Position numbers and translations under genes: made by a program
NCBI GenBank assembly: GCA_012295275.1
Contig: CM022679.1
Coordinates: forward strand, 30,256,001-30,320,000
Origin: Chrysomallon squamiferum
Lineage: Eukaryota; Animalia; Mollusca
Reading direction: 5' to 3'
Length of the DNA: 64,000 nt
Shown: positions 27,502-41,542 of the stretch, piece after piece
How the letters are laid out: every line of letters starts with the position of its first letter
Position numbering within the stretch: position 1 is the first letter of the stretch
The notes under the pieces: model-generated
What the model was told of the DNA's origin: nothing
Seen by the model: only the letters and a program-made list of their open reading frames with translations
Databases searched by the model: none

Positions 27502-29861
27502 AGGTGGATATCTGTGTAGCTTGCAAAACTGTAAAATATGTGTGTTTAATATTATATCGGTATGTAGGTCAAATTTCCCTGACAGGTGGTGTGTGGGGGG
27601 TTATCTCAAAATGAACAAGGTCAGAATATTTGGGGTGAAAGGTTAGAAACATCGCCCAGTGTGTAAAAGTTGTCCCAGTTCCTGTTTTTTCACCTCTCCA
27701 TGGTTCACTTAAATCATTAATCTGTCCATGTTTCTGTCTGTATGTTGGTTCAGCTTTGCATCCTTCCTTTTAGGTTTACCATCCATTTGAGCATCTGTCT
27801 GTTCATTCTTCCGTCATTTCATTTAGTTATCTATTTATCCATGCATACATAGATCATAAGATGTATAAATGCTTTCATTTATATTTATTTTTAAAATAAA
27901 GAATTATTAATCCGTATATGCATACCTAGATACATACATACATACATATAAACATGTTTTTGTCTAACATCCATCCATCCATCCATTCACCTCATCAATC
28001 CTCCATCTGTAATTTTAATCATGCATTCATCCATTTATCATTCCATCTATTCATTTATCCATTTATCTATCTGTCAGTGTATGCATATATCGATCCATCC
28101 ATTCATATGTTTGTTCATATGTACCTGTTAATCTGTCTGTCTGTCATATTATGATATTTTCTGCAGTATTTTACTACCAACTACAATCATAAACTGTGTG
28201 AGTCATTGAACAAACCTTGCAACATGTTGCACAGTTCTGTACAATAACACACTCGTACAGCTACACACTGTGAACAGCTTGTTTTGTTATTCACCAGCGT
28301 GACATCGTGTATATTCTCATATATCACAGCGGAATGTGTAATAAACACAATACTTTTACTTTTATTTAATATATATGTACATGTGTATATATATATTAAT
28401 ATATATATAAAATTGTGTATAGTATGTGTATGTATATCTATAGTTATCTGTGTGTACGTATGTGCAAATGTCTGTGCGTGTATTCACTCGCACACACTCT
28501 CAAACAAACAAACAAACAAACAAACGAAAATACTTTTGCGTCATTTCTAGTTTTATTATTCGGCAGTGGAGGTTATTCATTCAAGGCTGAACTGGATCTT
28601 TTGCCTACCACCAGTATTTGGAATTTAATTTTTTATTTTTCATTGAAGAATTGATTGTATCTTGCAAGCAGTATTTAGTACATTTATGATATATCATAAA
28701 ATTGGCATCAGCTGCAGATTGCAAAATTGACATTAATGAAGAAAATAAAAGGAGATTTTGCAGTGTTCAGAGCAGTTAAATTCTTTATTAGTTTTTGAAA
28801 TAATGAAAAAAATAAAAATAAAACATGTTATGACAGATTTGGCAGTGTTTATGTAAATACAATATAATTTTTTTTTTGTTTATATTAAATTAGATTTTGC
28901 ATATAATCTATCACCAGTTAGATATATTTAAATTACATACAGTAAATGTTGGATCATTTGGATATGCACTTGTATAATTTTATGTCAAAATTAATAGAAC
29001 CAGGGGTAAGACAGAACTCAGAATAAAATCATTTGTTGATTGGAAAAGTTTTGCAAAAGATGGCAAAAATATTTTCATTGCATATTATATAATGTGTATA
29101 TTACAGACTTGCTCCCAAGTGTGTATGTATGTGTGTGTGTGTGTGTGCAAAGGAAATTATGCTAATTTATGTAAAGAATGACTCAAAAGTATAATAAGAA
29201 TGACAAGTATGAATGGAATCTACTGTTTGTCAGATACAAGAATTACTGTTTTTGTGTGTATATACAGTGGTATGTATAAACAGTTACGAAATGTTTACTA
29301 TTGGTGGCATACAGTTTTGAATACATACAGTTTTTAAATAACATTTTATATTATATTTTAAGCTGCCAATTTTCTATCCAAAATTTTTGATTTCATTTTT
29401 ATTGTATTTCAAGTTATTTTTAGTCATACATTTTCGATACATTTACAGTAAGTTTGTGTGTATGCCCTAACCATATTTTGGATCAAACAAACAAACATTA
29501 AAACAAATTTAATAATAATAAAAATAAATAAATAGTAATAATATGGTATCAAAAGCAAACATTTAATATTAATATTATTAAATAAAGAAGATTAAGCATG
29601 GTTCAGACAAAACTAAGGGAGATAACTCTTGAAGCTTTGTCATGCCAGCATTCCAGTTAAATGAGAGATGAATTACTTGCCTTCCTTTATTGATGTGTAG
29701 TCCTGAATGTCTGCATAATTCTCTGCATGTCATTATTGTGATTTATTTATTAATGCTATCAGTATCAAGTGCAGCTGAATTGCGCAGTACACATTTACAT
29801 AAACATCTGTGGTGTTCTTTTGTATTAGCATGTATACACATACATACACATACTTATGTGC

Positions 29862-29935
<74 letters not shown>

Positions 29936-31061
29936 ATATATACACACACACATACACACATATATATATATACACTTACACATATATACACTTACACACA
30001 CACACACAGACACACATATACACATGCATACACATATAATGCAGACTTACATACTCATATACTTATACATACATATATACACCACACACACACACACACA
30101 CATATATGCACACACATGTGCATACATCCAATGATACACAGAATGCAAACTTACATGCACACAATTTTTTAAAACAAACAACTCTCTCACACACATTCAC
30201 ACACCCAGTGAAATATGTGCAAACATAACTGATGTAGATATATATACACTCACCCACTTAACATACAAACATATTACATAAATTTACATACATTTCTCAT
30301 TCTTTCTCTTTTCTGTGCATCTGTGTGTGTGTGTGTGCTCTTTATGTATCTGTGTCTGTGTTTGTTTGTGTGTGAGTGAGTGTCTCTGTCCAAGAAGACA
30401 GGAGAACTTTCACAGAATAGAGTGTGTGTCTGGTGATTAATGTCAAAGTGATGCTAATATTCAGAAATACTCAACACAGAACGTTTAACCCACGACTTGC
30501 TGGAGACCTCCTTCATGAATAATTAAACCAAACGAAATTGCTTTATACAAACTGAATGCCAGTGATTATGCTGTGTTTTATTGTAGTCTTGCAGTTAAGC
30601 CATAAATGTTAAAATGTGGAAATGAAAAAAAAAAAAAAAAATCAAAAAAAAAAAAAATAAATGAATTCAAAAAAGATATAAAAAATTAAATAACAAAATT
30701 AAATGCTGATCATTAAAATAAAATTTTACTGCATTTAACATTATCATTTTTTTAATTATATTATTTCATTTTTTGTTTTTTAATATTTGTTAAAGAATAT
30801 TTTTTAAACCAGGAAATATCATAAAAATGAATGAATTTTTTTTTTTTAATTTTAACGAAGCATACTAAATACAGCTTTTTGCAGTTTCAGTGATGTATCT
30901 TTTGAAATGCTGTCACAGAGATCAAACAGAAACTTATAATCAGTTCTTCTTTATTAATCTGTAATTAAATTTGTAGTTTAATTGTTTAAACTATCTAATA
31001 ACTATAACTTTTCTGTATACTGCATTCAGCTGTTGATTCCAGCCATAGAGGGACCTCTGTC

Positions 31062-31098
<37 letters not shown>

Positions 31099-31496
31099 TT
31101 GTGTATGTCTGTATGTCTGTGTGTGTCTGTATGTCTGTATGTCTGTGTGTGTGTCAGAGTTAATGTCAAATCGCAGACAAAGTATTGATCAGCCAGTGTG
31201 GGCAGGATGACTGTGCAGGGCTTCGTAACAGTTGTCCTCTCTATTGATCCTGCCTGCGTTTCGTTTTACACAGCAATAAAATGTTAAGCTCTAAATGGTT
31301 GGACTGAGGCTTAGTCCTGCGAGACGACCTGAAAGCAGTTTTATACGTAGAAGCCGATCACTGAAATGTTATCATGTCTGGACAAGTATTATTGTACGTC
31401 TCAAGTAGACAGTGGCAAGAGAAAATAGCCGAGAGTTAAATCTCGTAGAATCAATTCTTAATCTGTACAGTTTTTTTTTTTATCCCATTCTAACTC

Positions 31497-31523
31497 ATGA
31501 CTGACATGTTCGCAAATGCTTTG
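31497..31523 (+). CDS. Ank2: ankyrin candidate alternative first coding exon B (MTDMFANAL)
   Basis: ATG...TTG|gtatgc, phase 0, downstream of a CpG-containing non-repetitive block (31.17-31.45 kb). Confidence 0.45.
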
Positions 31524-34500
31524 GTATGCGTTGTTATGACTGTAGCAAACTGGAAATAAAGAAATCTTTGTCTTCTAATGAAAATATTTTCTTCTGATTT
31601 TGTATTGATTGTGGTTAATTGGTATTAAAAGCATCAAGCTTCTTGATTGATGTGGCAAAGTTAATGGTGTGTGCTGCCTTCAATGATGGGAAAACATGCA
31701 TTAGTAATAAAGAAAAGTGTGTATCTGATCTTGCAATCTAACTTGGAATAGCCATAAATATGCAAAGGGTTAAAGCATATATGATATGGGTAAACTGTTA
31801 GTATGTCAAAGACAGAGAAAGAGATAGAAATTTGAAACACGTCTTCAGTTAGTTTTGTGTTGCTGATGCTGGATCACTGGCTGAACAGTCTGGCTTGATG
31901 ACCACACCAGCAAACCAGGCATAGAAAAATCAATCACCTTGCTCCACTGGTTTCTCAGTTAGATGGACAAAGTGAGTCATGTGAGAGGTTTTTCTGCTCA
32001 GACTAATCAGGGTTAAACTCTTTACTATCAGACGACATGTCAGTAACAATAACCAGTCGACTGGAAGACAGAAAGTCATTTCAGCCGTAGCAAGAGCTAG
32101 TTTTATCACAGCAGCAAGGAGTCTTTTTTTTTTATACACTTTCTCTTGCATACGAAAGATCAGAATAATAATATCTGACAAACAGGTGGTCGGAATGGGA
32201 AAAAAGGTCTGTAGGGACGTTGTTGAGAATCGATCCAGTGACCAGCTTGATGTAAGAGTGTGACATGAGAGTGATGGAGCTGTCTGACTTTGTTTTATCA
32301 GTGACTCAGATAAACACAAAAATGTCAGCGATTGTTATTCATGTCTGGGTCGTTCCACTGATTTAGCTCACTGGTTAGAGCTCTCGTGTTGTAACATGAA
32401 GTAACATCAGTTATTACATGATTCATTGTGATGAATAACATTGCATTATACAGTTATTGCACACTACATGATACACATTGTTACATGATACATGCTTACA
32501 TTGTTCCATTATATGACATTGTTATATGATATATTGTTACATTACATTGTTACTTGATGTTACATTATGTTACTGTACATAGTTACATTGATACATTTAT
32601 CAGAATCCATGCATATTAAAATCTAGATGATTGGTAAATTAAAAACAGTGTTAAAAGAATTTAATGAATAATGAAAAAAAAATTATAATAAAATAAAAAA
32701 AATTAAGAATATAATTCTATGAATGAAAGCAAAAAATGAATCATTAAATAAACATAAAGGTAATTGGTATTTTTATTAAAAAATGGATCTCTAGTGTGTA
32801 AGAAAAAGTTTAATTTAAATTAGAAAGTTTTATGAATTCCATTTGGCACTACCATTAATTTCTTAAATGGATTTGTTTTTAGTGTAAATGTGTGGGTGTT
32901 TATTGCATGGAAAAAGATTTAAAAAAAAAATATATATAATAATAAAAAAAATAATAATAATTTAAAAAAATAATAATAAAAAAATTAATAAAAAATATAA
33001 AAATAGAATAATAGTTGAATCTTCAGATGAAACATTTTCACTTTCTTTAGATTATTTTTTGACATCAATCAAAGAAATAAAATATTGGACATTCATTTTT
33101 AAAACATCTTTAATGAACTGTAGTATCAGTGAGTGGGTGTAGAAAACTAAAAAAAACTAGTTATATCATCTAATCTAATATCTGTTCACTTAAATTTCAG
33201 TTTTTTTTTTAAAACATCTTTGTGTATAAGACATTGTACCCCCACAAAATGCACAAGATCAAGAATATTTTATATCATTTTCCTGTTTCTCATTTCATTA
33301 ATTTATTTTTAAGTGTTTGTGTAGGTGTTTATATTCTCAGAAAAAGAAAAAAGATAAAAAAAAAAAAAAAAAATTTAAAATTTGAAACTGAAAAAAAAAA
33401 AAAAATCTTATTGATATTTGAGACCCATTTAAATTATTTGTTATTTCTATTTCAAAATTAAAAAAAAATCTTTGAATAAATATGAATAAAATGAAATAAA
33501 ACAACAATTTTAAATGCTAATAAAATGCAACATAAGTATTCAGATTTAATTTTTATTTTTGGTCGATGTACATAACAGACATCTCTGGCATCATTTCGCA
33601 GCACTGAATCGCATTTGTACAAATAATTACAAACTGCTGAGGCCATATTGAATTTGTTCTTGCTTGTTAATCCCACCTCGGGTCACTGCAGCATGTCACA
33701 CTGGATTTCTGCGGATGACAAAGTGTTGTTTATTTTCATCAGACATGGTTCTGGAAATAGAAAACTTACACCAGCTCTCTAATCAATAAACTGTTGTGCA
33801 TGTTGAGATTTTTGCAACACAAAAATAAGCAGATTCCTTCCAGAGAAAGCGAGAGCCACTCAAAAAAAAAAAAAAAAAAAAAAAAACAGAATAATCTTCC
33901 CAGCTCTGATTTTTGTCAAGCAATTTGTTGCTTCTTTGCAACAAATAGCTGATTAGGATACGGAGAAGAAAAAAAAAATCAAGGATTGTTGATGATCAAT
34001 TAATTGAATGGTGGAGAGGATAGACTGGTTTTCTTTGCTTGTTACACTTGTAACACTTGTAACATTGGCTGTTACCTGATGCTGTCAGTTGTGGAGTACC
34101 AGTGGAAGGTGACAAATGTGGAATTGTTTGTTTTTTTGTAGTTCGGGTTGTTGGTTGCTTTTTTTCTTGATTCCAGTATGAGACATTCATTTTGTGGTAG
34201 GTAAAAAGACATTTTGAGGTGTCACCTTGAATTAAGTGTCAGGTGACACCAGAACTGTGCAACAAAGGGTGGACTAATTTTGTGTTTGGTGTCACAGTTA
34301 AAAAAAAAGAATAAAAAAAAGGTTTCACCTGTAAGCTACTTATATCTTATAAAAAAAATGAAATACTTTTTGAAAGATTTCTGATGCAAGTTACTGTGAT
34401 TGGAACTTGTTAATTTTGATTTTTAATTTTTTTTTTTTTTTTAAATTATGGTTTCTAAATTTATCACAAAATGATGTGACAAAAACATTTTTGCAAAATA

Positions 34501-34598
34501 CTGTGACATTGAGAACTGACAAATTGTCACAGAAGGATTTGAATACTTTGTCACGGATTTGGAACAGACCTCCAGGAATATAATAATTCGTCACAAGA

Positions 34599-34769
34599 AT
34601 GGCGAACATTTTTACATCAGCATCGTCGCAATTTGTGCTGGACAACCAGCAACGTCGCTTGTCGCATCCTGAATACAGGGAACTGTTCCAGCACGATTTT
34701 GAACATAGAACAAGTCAGGAACAAAGCAAAACAACAACACAGGACAAAAAAGCCAAAACTCGGCATAAG
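34599..34769 (+). CDS. Ank2: ankyrin alternative first coding exon C (MANIFTSASSQFVLDNQQRRLSHPEYRELFQHDFEHRTSQEQSKTTTQDKKAKTRHK)
   Basis: agaATGG start context, 57 codons, aag|gtacaa donor, phase 0, CpG-rich; paralogous to 39076-39267. Confidence 0.75.
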
Positions 34770-36211
34770 GTACAACCAAATTTTTGAATACAACTTTTGT
34801 AAGAATAATTTGAAAAAAATTATTTGTGCCAGAATTATTTTTAATATTTAAGAATAATTCAGATATGCGTTTTGAACTTATTAAGGTCTATGGTTATGTC
34901 TATGGTGTATTGTTATTATGGTTTTATTTCATTTAAATATTTAGACATTTAGGGTAATTTCATTTAATGATATATTTTCCATTTACAAGGCATGATTCTA
35001 GTAATTTTATTTAAAGCCTATATAGATCTAGAGATATGTGTGTGTGTGTCGACATCTATACTATTATTAATCTGTCTATCTATCTATCTATATATAAACG
35101 TTAAACAGCAATAAATACATGATTTTAATACATGTTACTGATAGCACATACCACGGTCCCTGACTATAACTGGGGAGCACGTGTCTGAATGGGATATTTA
35201 AACTGTTTATGAACTGGTTTTATATCTGTTGAACATGCGGACATGTCAGTGTGACAGTTTTCATTTCATTGTTTCATTTTACACAGTCACTGTTTGTTGT
35301 TGTTTTTCTCACCTGCCTGAACAAAGGTGAAGTATTTGGGTTTTTTTGTACATTTAATTTACACCTGTGGACATAACGATCATCATTAATTATACTTTGT
35401 TTTCCCAATTGTGTATTCAACACAGTTCGTACATTCTATTGTTTCCTACCTGTAATCTTGTGTACTTAAACCTGAGCCGGTGTATTTTACCTGTAAAAGC
35501 TTATTAAACATTTTTTGAATTCTTTCTTACACCTGTAGAGGTATATTTTTTTTTAATCTCTAATCAGTTCAGTTTGAAGAATGAATCGGAACAGTTTCTG
35601 TGTATTTAATTTATTTTAAATATTCTTTTTTTTTTGTTTTGTTTTAAATGTTCTTTTATTTTAAATATTCTTTTATTTTATTTTATATATTCTTTTAATT
35701 TATTAATTGATTTTATTTTAAATATCCATTTTATATCTACATGCTTTACCAGCTGTTACATTTTTTATAATTATAGTTAAAAAAACATAGTTTATCATAT
35801 TTAAATCAGTTTTGATATTCAGTAATTTATATATTACATCTTTAATGCTGTAACTGTACAGGTGTGTTTTAACTGTAAATGCAGATATTTGAAAAAAATA
35901 AAAAATTAAGAAAAAAAACCAAAACAATTCAAATAAAGTGAAAATAAAAAAACCATAAATTTGTTAAAATGAATATAATGAAAGGATGCATTAGAGAAAA
36001 TTACTTTGACCTTTGTGTCAAACTCTCTATTCTTCTTTTTTTAACAAAAAATCTTACACATTACATGACACTAATAAAAATTATTTTGACCTTTAACAAA
36101 TTTTAAAACAAAATCTAATTTTTTTTGTTTCTGACACTTCATTTAGAACCATAGTGACTGTTATATGACCTTTGTAAGAAAACAATATATAAAAATTATA
36201 TCATAATAATG

Positions 36212-36255
<44 letters not shown>

Positions 36256-36856
36256 TCTAAAAAAAAATAAATAAATTAAAATTAAAACTAAAAAATAAAA
36301 TAAATATAAAAGATTTCTTTCAAGTAAATTTCATTCAGCAGTAATATCTCTAAAAAAAATTTTGACTGTTTTGGGGTAATAACAATTTTCGCCTACAATT
36401 CTCAAAATTTAGAATGACTGTAACCAAAACTTTTAAATTATTTATTATAAAAAAAATAAAATTTAACTGGAAGACACGTGTGTATAGATTCTGCAATCGG
36501 AAGAATTGTGAAGAGAAAAAAAGGAAATACTGATTTCATTTGATTAACTATGATTGATGTTGAGATAACACTACTGGGATGAAATTTATAAAAATTAGTC
36601 TGTGTTGGGTTCCCATGACATTTTTTAAATCTGATTTGCCGAGGTCATGTGGGATGATGATGTTGCTTCTGGCAGTGGTTGCAGACACTTTAACAGTCTC
36701 AACAGAATTTGTGAACTGTTACTTGCTACATTCGAACAGACAAACTAATTTTTACTTACATCAGATTGTCAAACTTGTACATATGATGAAGAAAGAATGA
36801 AGACAAGATCTTAGAAATAAACATGGCTGGATTTATAGAACATGGTGTTTGAGATG

Positions 36857-36908
<52 letters not shown>

Positions 36909-37555
36909 TGTGTCTGTGTCTGTGTCTGTGTCTGTGTCTGTCTGTCGGTCTGTCTGTGAGTGTGTAAGTTGTTTAAGGGTTTCAGTTTATTTTGATTGAC
37001 AATGGTAGATATTTCCAGAATGTCTACATCTACATTTCTTATTTCTTTGAGGGTAGACCACACTTCAGTTTTCCCTTAACTGTTGTTTCATGTAGTAACA
37101 TATTCTTTTGAAATTTTGTTTTAGGTCTACCATGACATTTTTTAAATCTCATTTGTGATTGTCTACCAGTGATTGTGATTTCATTTTTTTTTTAAAGTTA
37201 CTGATAATTTTCTAGTTTTCTTGTTAAATTTGAACAAAAAGCCTAATTACATGTTACATAAAACCAAACTTTGCTTTCAGTAAAGAATGACAAATCTTAC
37301 CAAATACACAGACCTTCAGAAAGGCTCCGTTTTGCTGTCGTTCTTGTAAACTTATAAATTATATTTTATTATTATTTTTTCAAATTAATTTTTTTTTTTT
37401 TTATTATTCTAGGGTGTCATTATTTATTCATTATTCACTAATTAATATATTCATTATTGTATTTCTTCTAATGGACTTGTTTATAACATCTTTCTGGATG
37501 TAAAACATTTGCAAATAATTTACATTTCAGTTTAAATATGTATGGTATAATTTAC

Positions 37556-37587
<32 letters not shown>

Positions 37588-39075
37588 TACATACATACAT
37601 ACATACATATATTTATATAATATATATGTCTGTATGTGGGATTATAAAATAGAAATGTCTACGTATCCACTGTTAATAACTTAAATTTGGAGCTATATTT
37701 TTGTATGGAGGAATTCACAAACACCAACTCTTGTACATCAATAATCTGTAAATTCTTTTCTCAACTGGGTCTGTCATTACATAACATAAATATTTAAATT
37801 GAACAACAAAATCCTTTCAGCTGCGTGTAATAAAACCAATAATCTCACAGACAGAGGGTCTGTTTGTGGGGGTCACTCTGCTTGCTGGCCAACACCAAGA
37901 TCAATCCCACCATCCCCGACATCATCGTGCACGGATTCAGCTACGACCACTTCTTTATTATTACCATTGAGACAGGCTGCTGATCCGGGCTTCAGTGTCA
38001 AATGTTTAGCTGCAAGCTCGGTGATCAATACTTTTTAATACTCGAGGGATTCAATCAATACAATGAGCATGTTTTTGCTGCTTTTTTTTGTTGTTTAACA
38101 AAAAAAAAGAGAAAAATCCTCCGCATGAATTTAGGTTCAGCCATTTGTTGCGTCTTTGTTGAAGCTATGGACCAGCACGCGAGATGATTCACATTTGTAG
38201 ATGCTGTCGAGGTTGTAGTTTTCTCATCATGCAGATGTGATTCCATTGCACACACTGGACGAAGATTTCTGTCTCATCCTGACAATTTATCTCAAAGAGA
38301 TTATTTTTTTTTTTTTTTTTAAAAAACATTAATTCAACTGGAATGGCTTGATTTTTCATAATAGCTGAAGACTGGCATTTAAAACATATAAAAAAAAAAG
38401 AAAAAAAAAAGAAAGAATTTTTTATCTTTGATGGTGTTGCTTTGGCATTACAGCTTTTGTTAACTGATATGTATTATAAAATATGTGAATACAGAGTCAG
38501 CTAAGAAGGAAGCTTTATGCATTCTGCCGGAGCTCTTCAGTCAGCTGAGGAATTTACTAAAACAGGAATTCACTTGTTGCACAAACTGATGTATTTTGTT
38601 AATACAATTTTTAGGAGTTGGTAGAGAACAACCCAGAGGGACTCCTTAACAAGCATCTCCTGCAAGAGATTCTTGCTCCTGTTGCAGTTGGCTCCTATTC
38701 GTGTTTGTCCAAACTATTTCACTGCTGATTTGTACAGAAATCACAAGTGACTTCTTATGACTGAGTGCCCTTCAGAGGTGACTCTTTTCATCTTGTGGCT
38801 CCTGTAGTGACTCCTATTTGTGTGAAGCCATGGCTCCTTTGTCATGAATGAAGCTTGCTGCTGTTTTTTCCTTTGATCTGATGCATTCAGATTTGTTCTT
38901 TGTTTGCTTCATGCAGATAAGTATTTATGACGTATGCTTGCATATATAATGATAATAACTGTTTTTGACAAAGGATTGTCATTTTTATCAAACTGAAAAT
39001 CTAAATTATACTTTAATCAAATGTGAAAAAGAATTCATGCATTTCTGCTTTGAAAAGAAATAATTTATTTCTACA

Positions 39076-39267
39076 ATGGCTACCATTGTTACATCAACAT
39101 CTACTCAGTTCGTACTAGAACAACAACAGCAGCAGCAGCAGCAGCCACCGCCGCAGCAGCAACAACAACCGCAGCGTAAACCTTCTGATTCTGAAGGTGC
39201 ACAATCACGAAAACCAGAAGAAAAAAGTCAGCAACATGGTAAAGCAAACCAACCTCGCAAACACAAG
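39076..39267 (+). CDS. Ank2: ankyrin alternative first coding exon D, polyQ-containing (MATIVTSTSTQFVLEQQQQQQQQPPP...PRKHK)
   Basis: acaATGG start context, 64 codons, aag|gtttga donor, phase 0; paralogous to 34599-34769. Confidence 0.75.
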
Positions 39268-40456
39268 GTTTGAGTTTTAGTACAGTCATGTCAAGTCAGC
39301 TAAATTTATTTATTTATTTATTTATTACAGTTGTTAAACTATTTGTTCTTAACTGTTTATTTTATTTATTTCATTACTTATTTATTACTATAGCTAAATT
39401 ATTTATTAATTAATTAATTTATTTATTTATTCTCATTATCTTTATCATTATGTTCATCATCATTATTATTACTAAATTTTTAAGTTAGTTTAATTTTATT
39501 TTAATTTAATTACAGCCATAATGGCAATAATATTTACTGAAGTTTCATCCAGCATTATAAAAATAAACATCAACATTTTTTTCTTTCTTCTCTTTCATTC
39601 ATAAAGATTTGTTAAAAAACAAAAAAAAAAAAAAACCCAAGAATAAAAAAATTAAAAACATATGATACTGTCTTCTTGCATAATTTTCCTTCTTTTCTAT
39701 TCCATTTGTCAGAAAAATATAAGGACATACTGACACACACTTACATAACTTATGCATCTTGCTACTCAGAATATTTAAAAGTATTATTTTCTTGTTAACA
39801 TTTATTTTTACTTTTATTATTTTTATTTATTGTTTTTTTTTTTATGTTCATCCATGTTTGAATATGTAAATTGATGTCCAGAGCTTTTCAGACCTACATG
39901 CACGTTTGTTCTGGCATCTCATATTAATAATGTATGTGGGTTTGAATGATAGTGAATTCTGGTAACCAGAGCCATTACTGAAAATAACAATACATCTCCC
40001 ACACAACAAAATGTAATGACAATAACAAAAAAAAAATGAAATAAAACAAACATTACAAAGAAAAAAAAAAAAATGAATTTGGTTTGATTAATATAAATGA
40101 ATGTAACTCTGTTTAATGTCATTTTAAAACATTTTAGTTTTAGGAGTTACTTACTCTCATCACTTACAGTGTTTTTGTACAGTTTAAAAGATGAAACCTG
40201 CTTATTACCACTCCAAAGTATGCTTTTATCAGTTTTATGAATTTTACCACAGTCTTTGATGAAGGTATCTTGGGGCACTAGTTGGAACTTGAAACTGTCA
40301 AAAATTAAAAAATAATGTACCTGTAACAATTAATACGTGTGCTGTAACCACATGGCTGTAACCACATGGCTGTAACCACTGGGCTGTAACATTCAGTTTA
40401 TTTTTACACATTCTAATGAAACATCCAGCTACACACAGAATTCTCACAGCAGAGGC

Positions 40457-41498
40457 TTTAATGATTTCACATTACATAATTTATACACAGTCACATCAAT
40501 ATCTGCATGCAGTATTCACATGTTGTTTTTATACAAGATTCAGACTCAAACACACACAAACATACACACACACATTTAATGATTTCACATTACATAATTT
40601 ATACACAGTCACATCAATATCTGCATGCAGTATTCACATGTTGTTTTTGTACAAGATTCAGACTCAAACACACACAAACATACACACACACATTTAATGA
40701 TTTCACATTACATAATTTATACACAGTCACATCAATATCTGCATGCAGTATTCACATGTTGTTTTTGTACAAGATTCAGACTCAAACACACACAAACATA
40801 CACACACACATTTAATGATTTCACATTACATAATTTATACACAGTCACATCAATATCTGCATGCAGTATTCACATGTTGTTTTTGTACAAGATTCAGACT
40901 AAAAACACACACAAACATACACACACACATTTAATGATTTCACATTACATAATTTATACACAGTCACATCAATATCTGCATGCAGTATTCACATGTTGTT
41001 TTTGTACAAGATTCAGACTCAAACACACACAAACATACACACACACATTTAATGAACATTACATAATTTATACACAGTCACATCAATATCTGCATGCAGT
41101 ATTCACATGTTGTTTTTATACAAGATTCAGACTCAAACACACACAAACATACACACACACATTTAATGATTTCACATTACATAATTTATACACAGTCACA
41201 TCAATATCTGCATGCAGTATTCACATGTTGTTTTTGTACAAGATTCAGACTCAAACACACACAAACATACACACACACATTTAATGATTTCACATTACAT
41301 AATTTATACGCAGTCACATCAATATCTGCATGCAGTATTCACTTGTTGTTTTTGTACAAGATTCAGACTCAAACACACACAAACATACACACACATTTAA
41401 TGATTTCACATTACATAATTTATACGCAGTCACATCAATATCTGCATGCAGCATTCACGTGTTGTTTTTGTACAAGATTCAGACTCAAACACACACAA

Positions 41499-41515
<17 letters not shown>
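40457..41515. repeat. 118-bp tandem repeat, about 9 near-identical copies
   Basis: The unit starts tttaatgatttcacattacataat. Identical ORF starts at 40507/40625/40743 show the 118-bp period. Confidence 0.95.

Positions 41516-41542
<27 letters not shown>

Noticed and set aside
32361-32395. tRNA-like start tttagctcactggttagagc (similar one at 21968)
   Set aside because: No T-arm or acceptor stem; at most a SINE head remnant.
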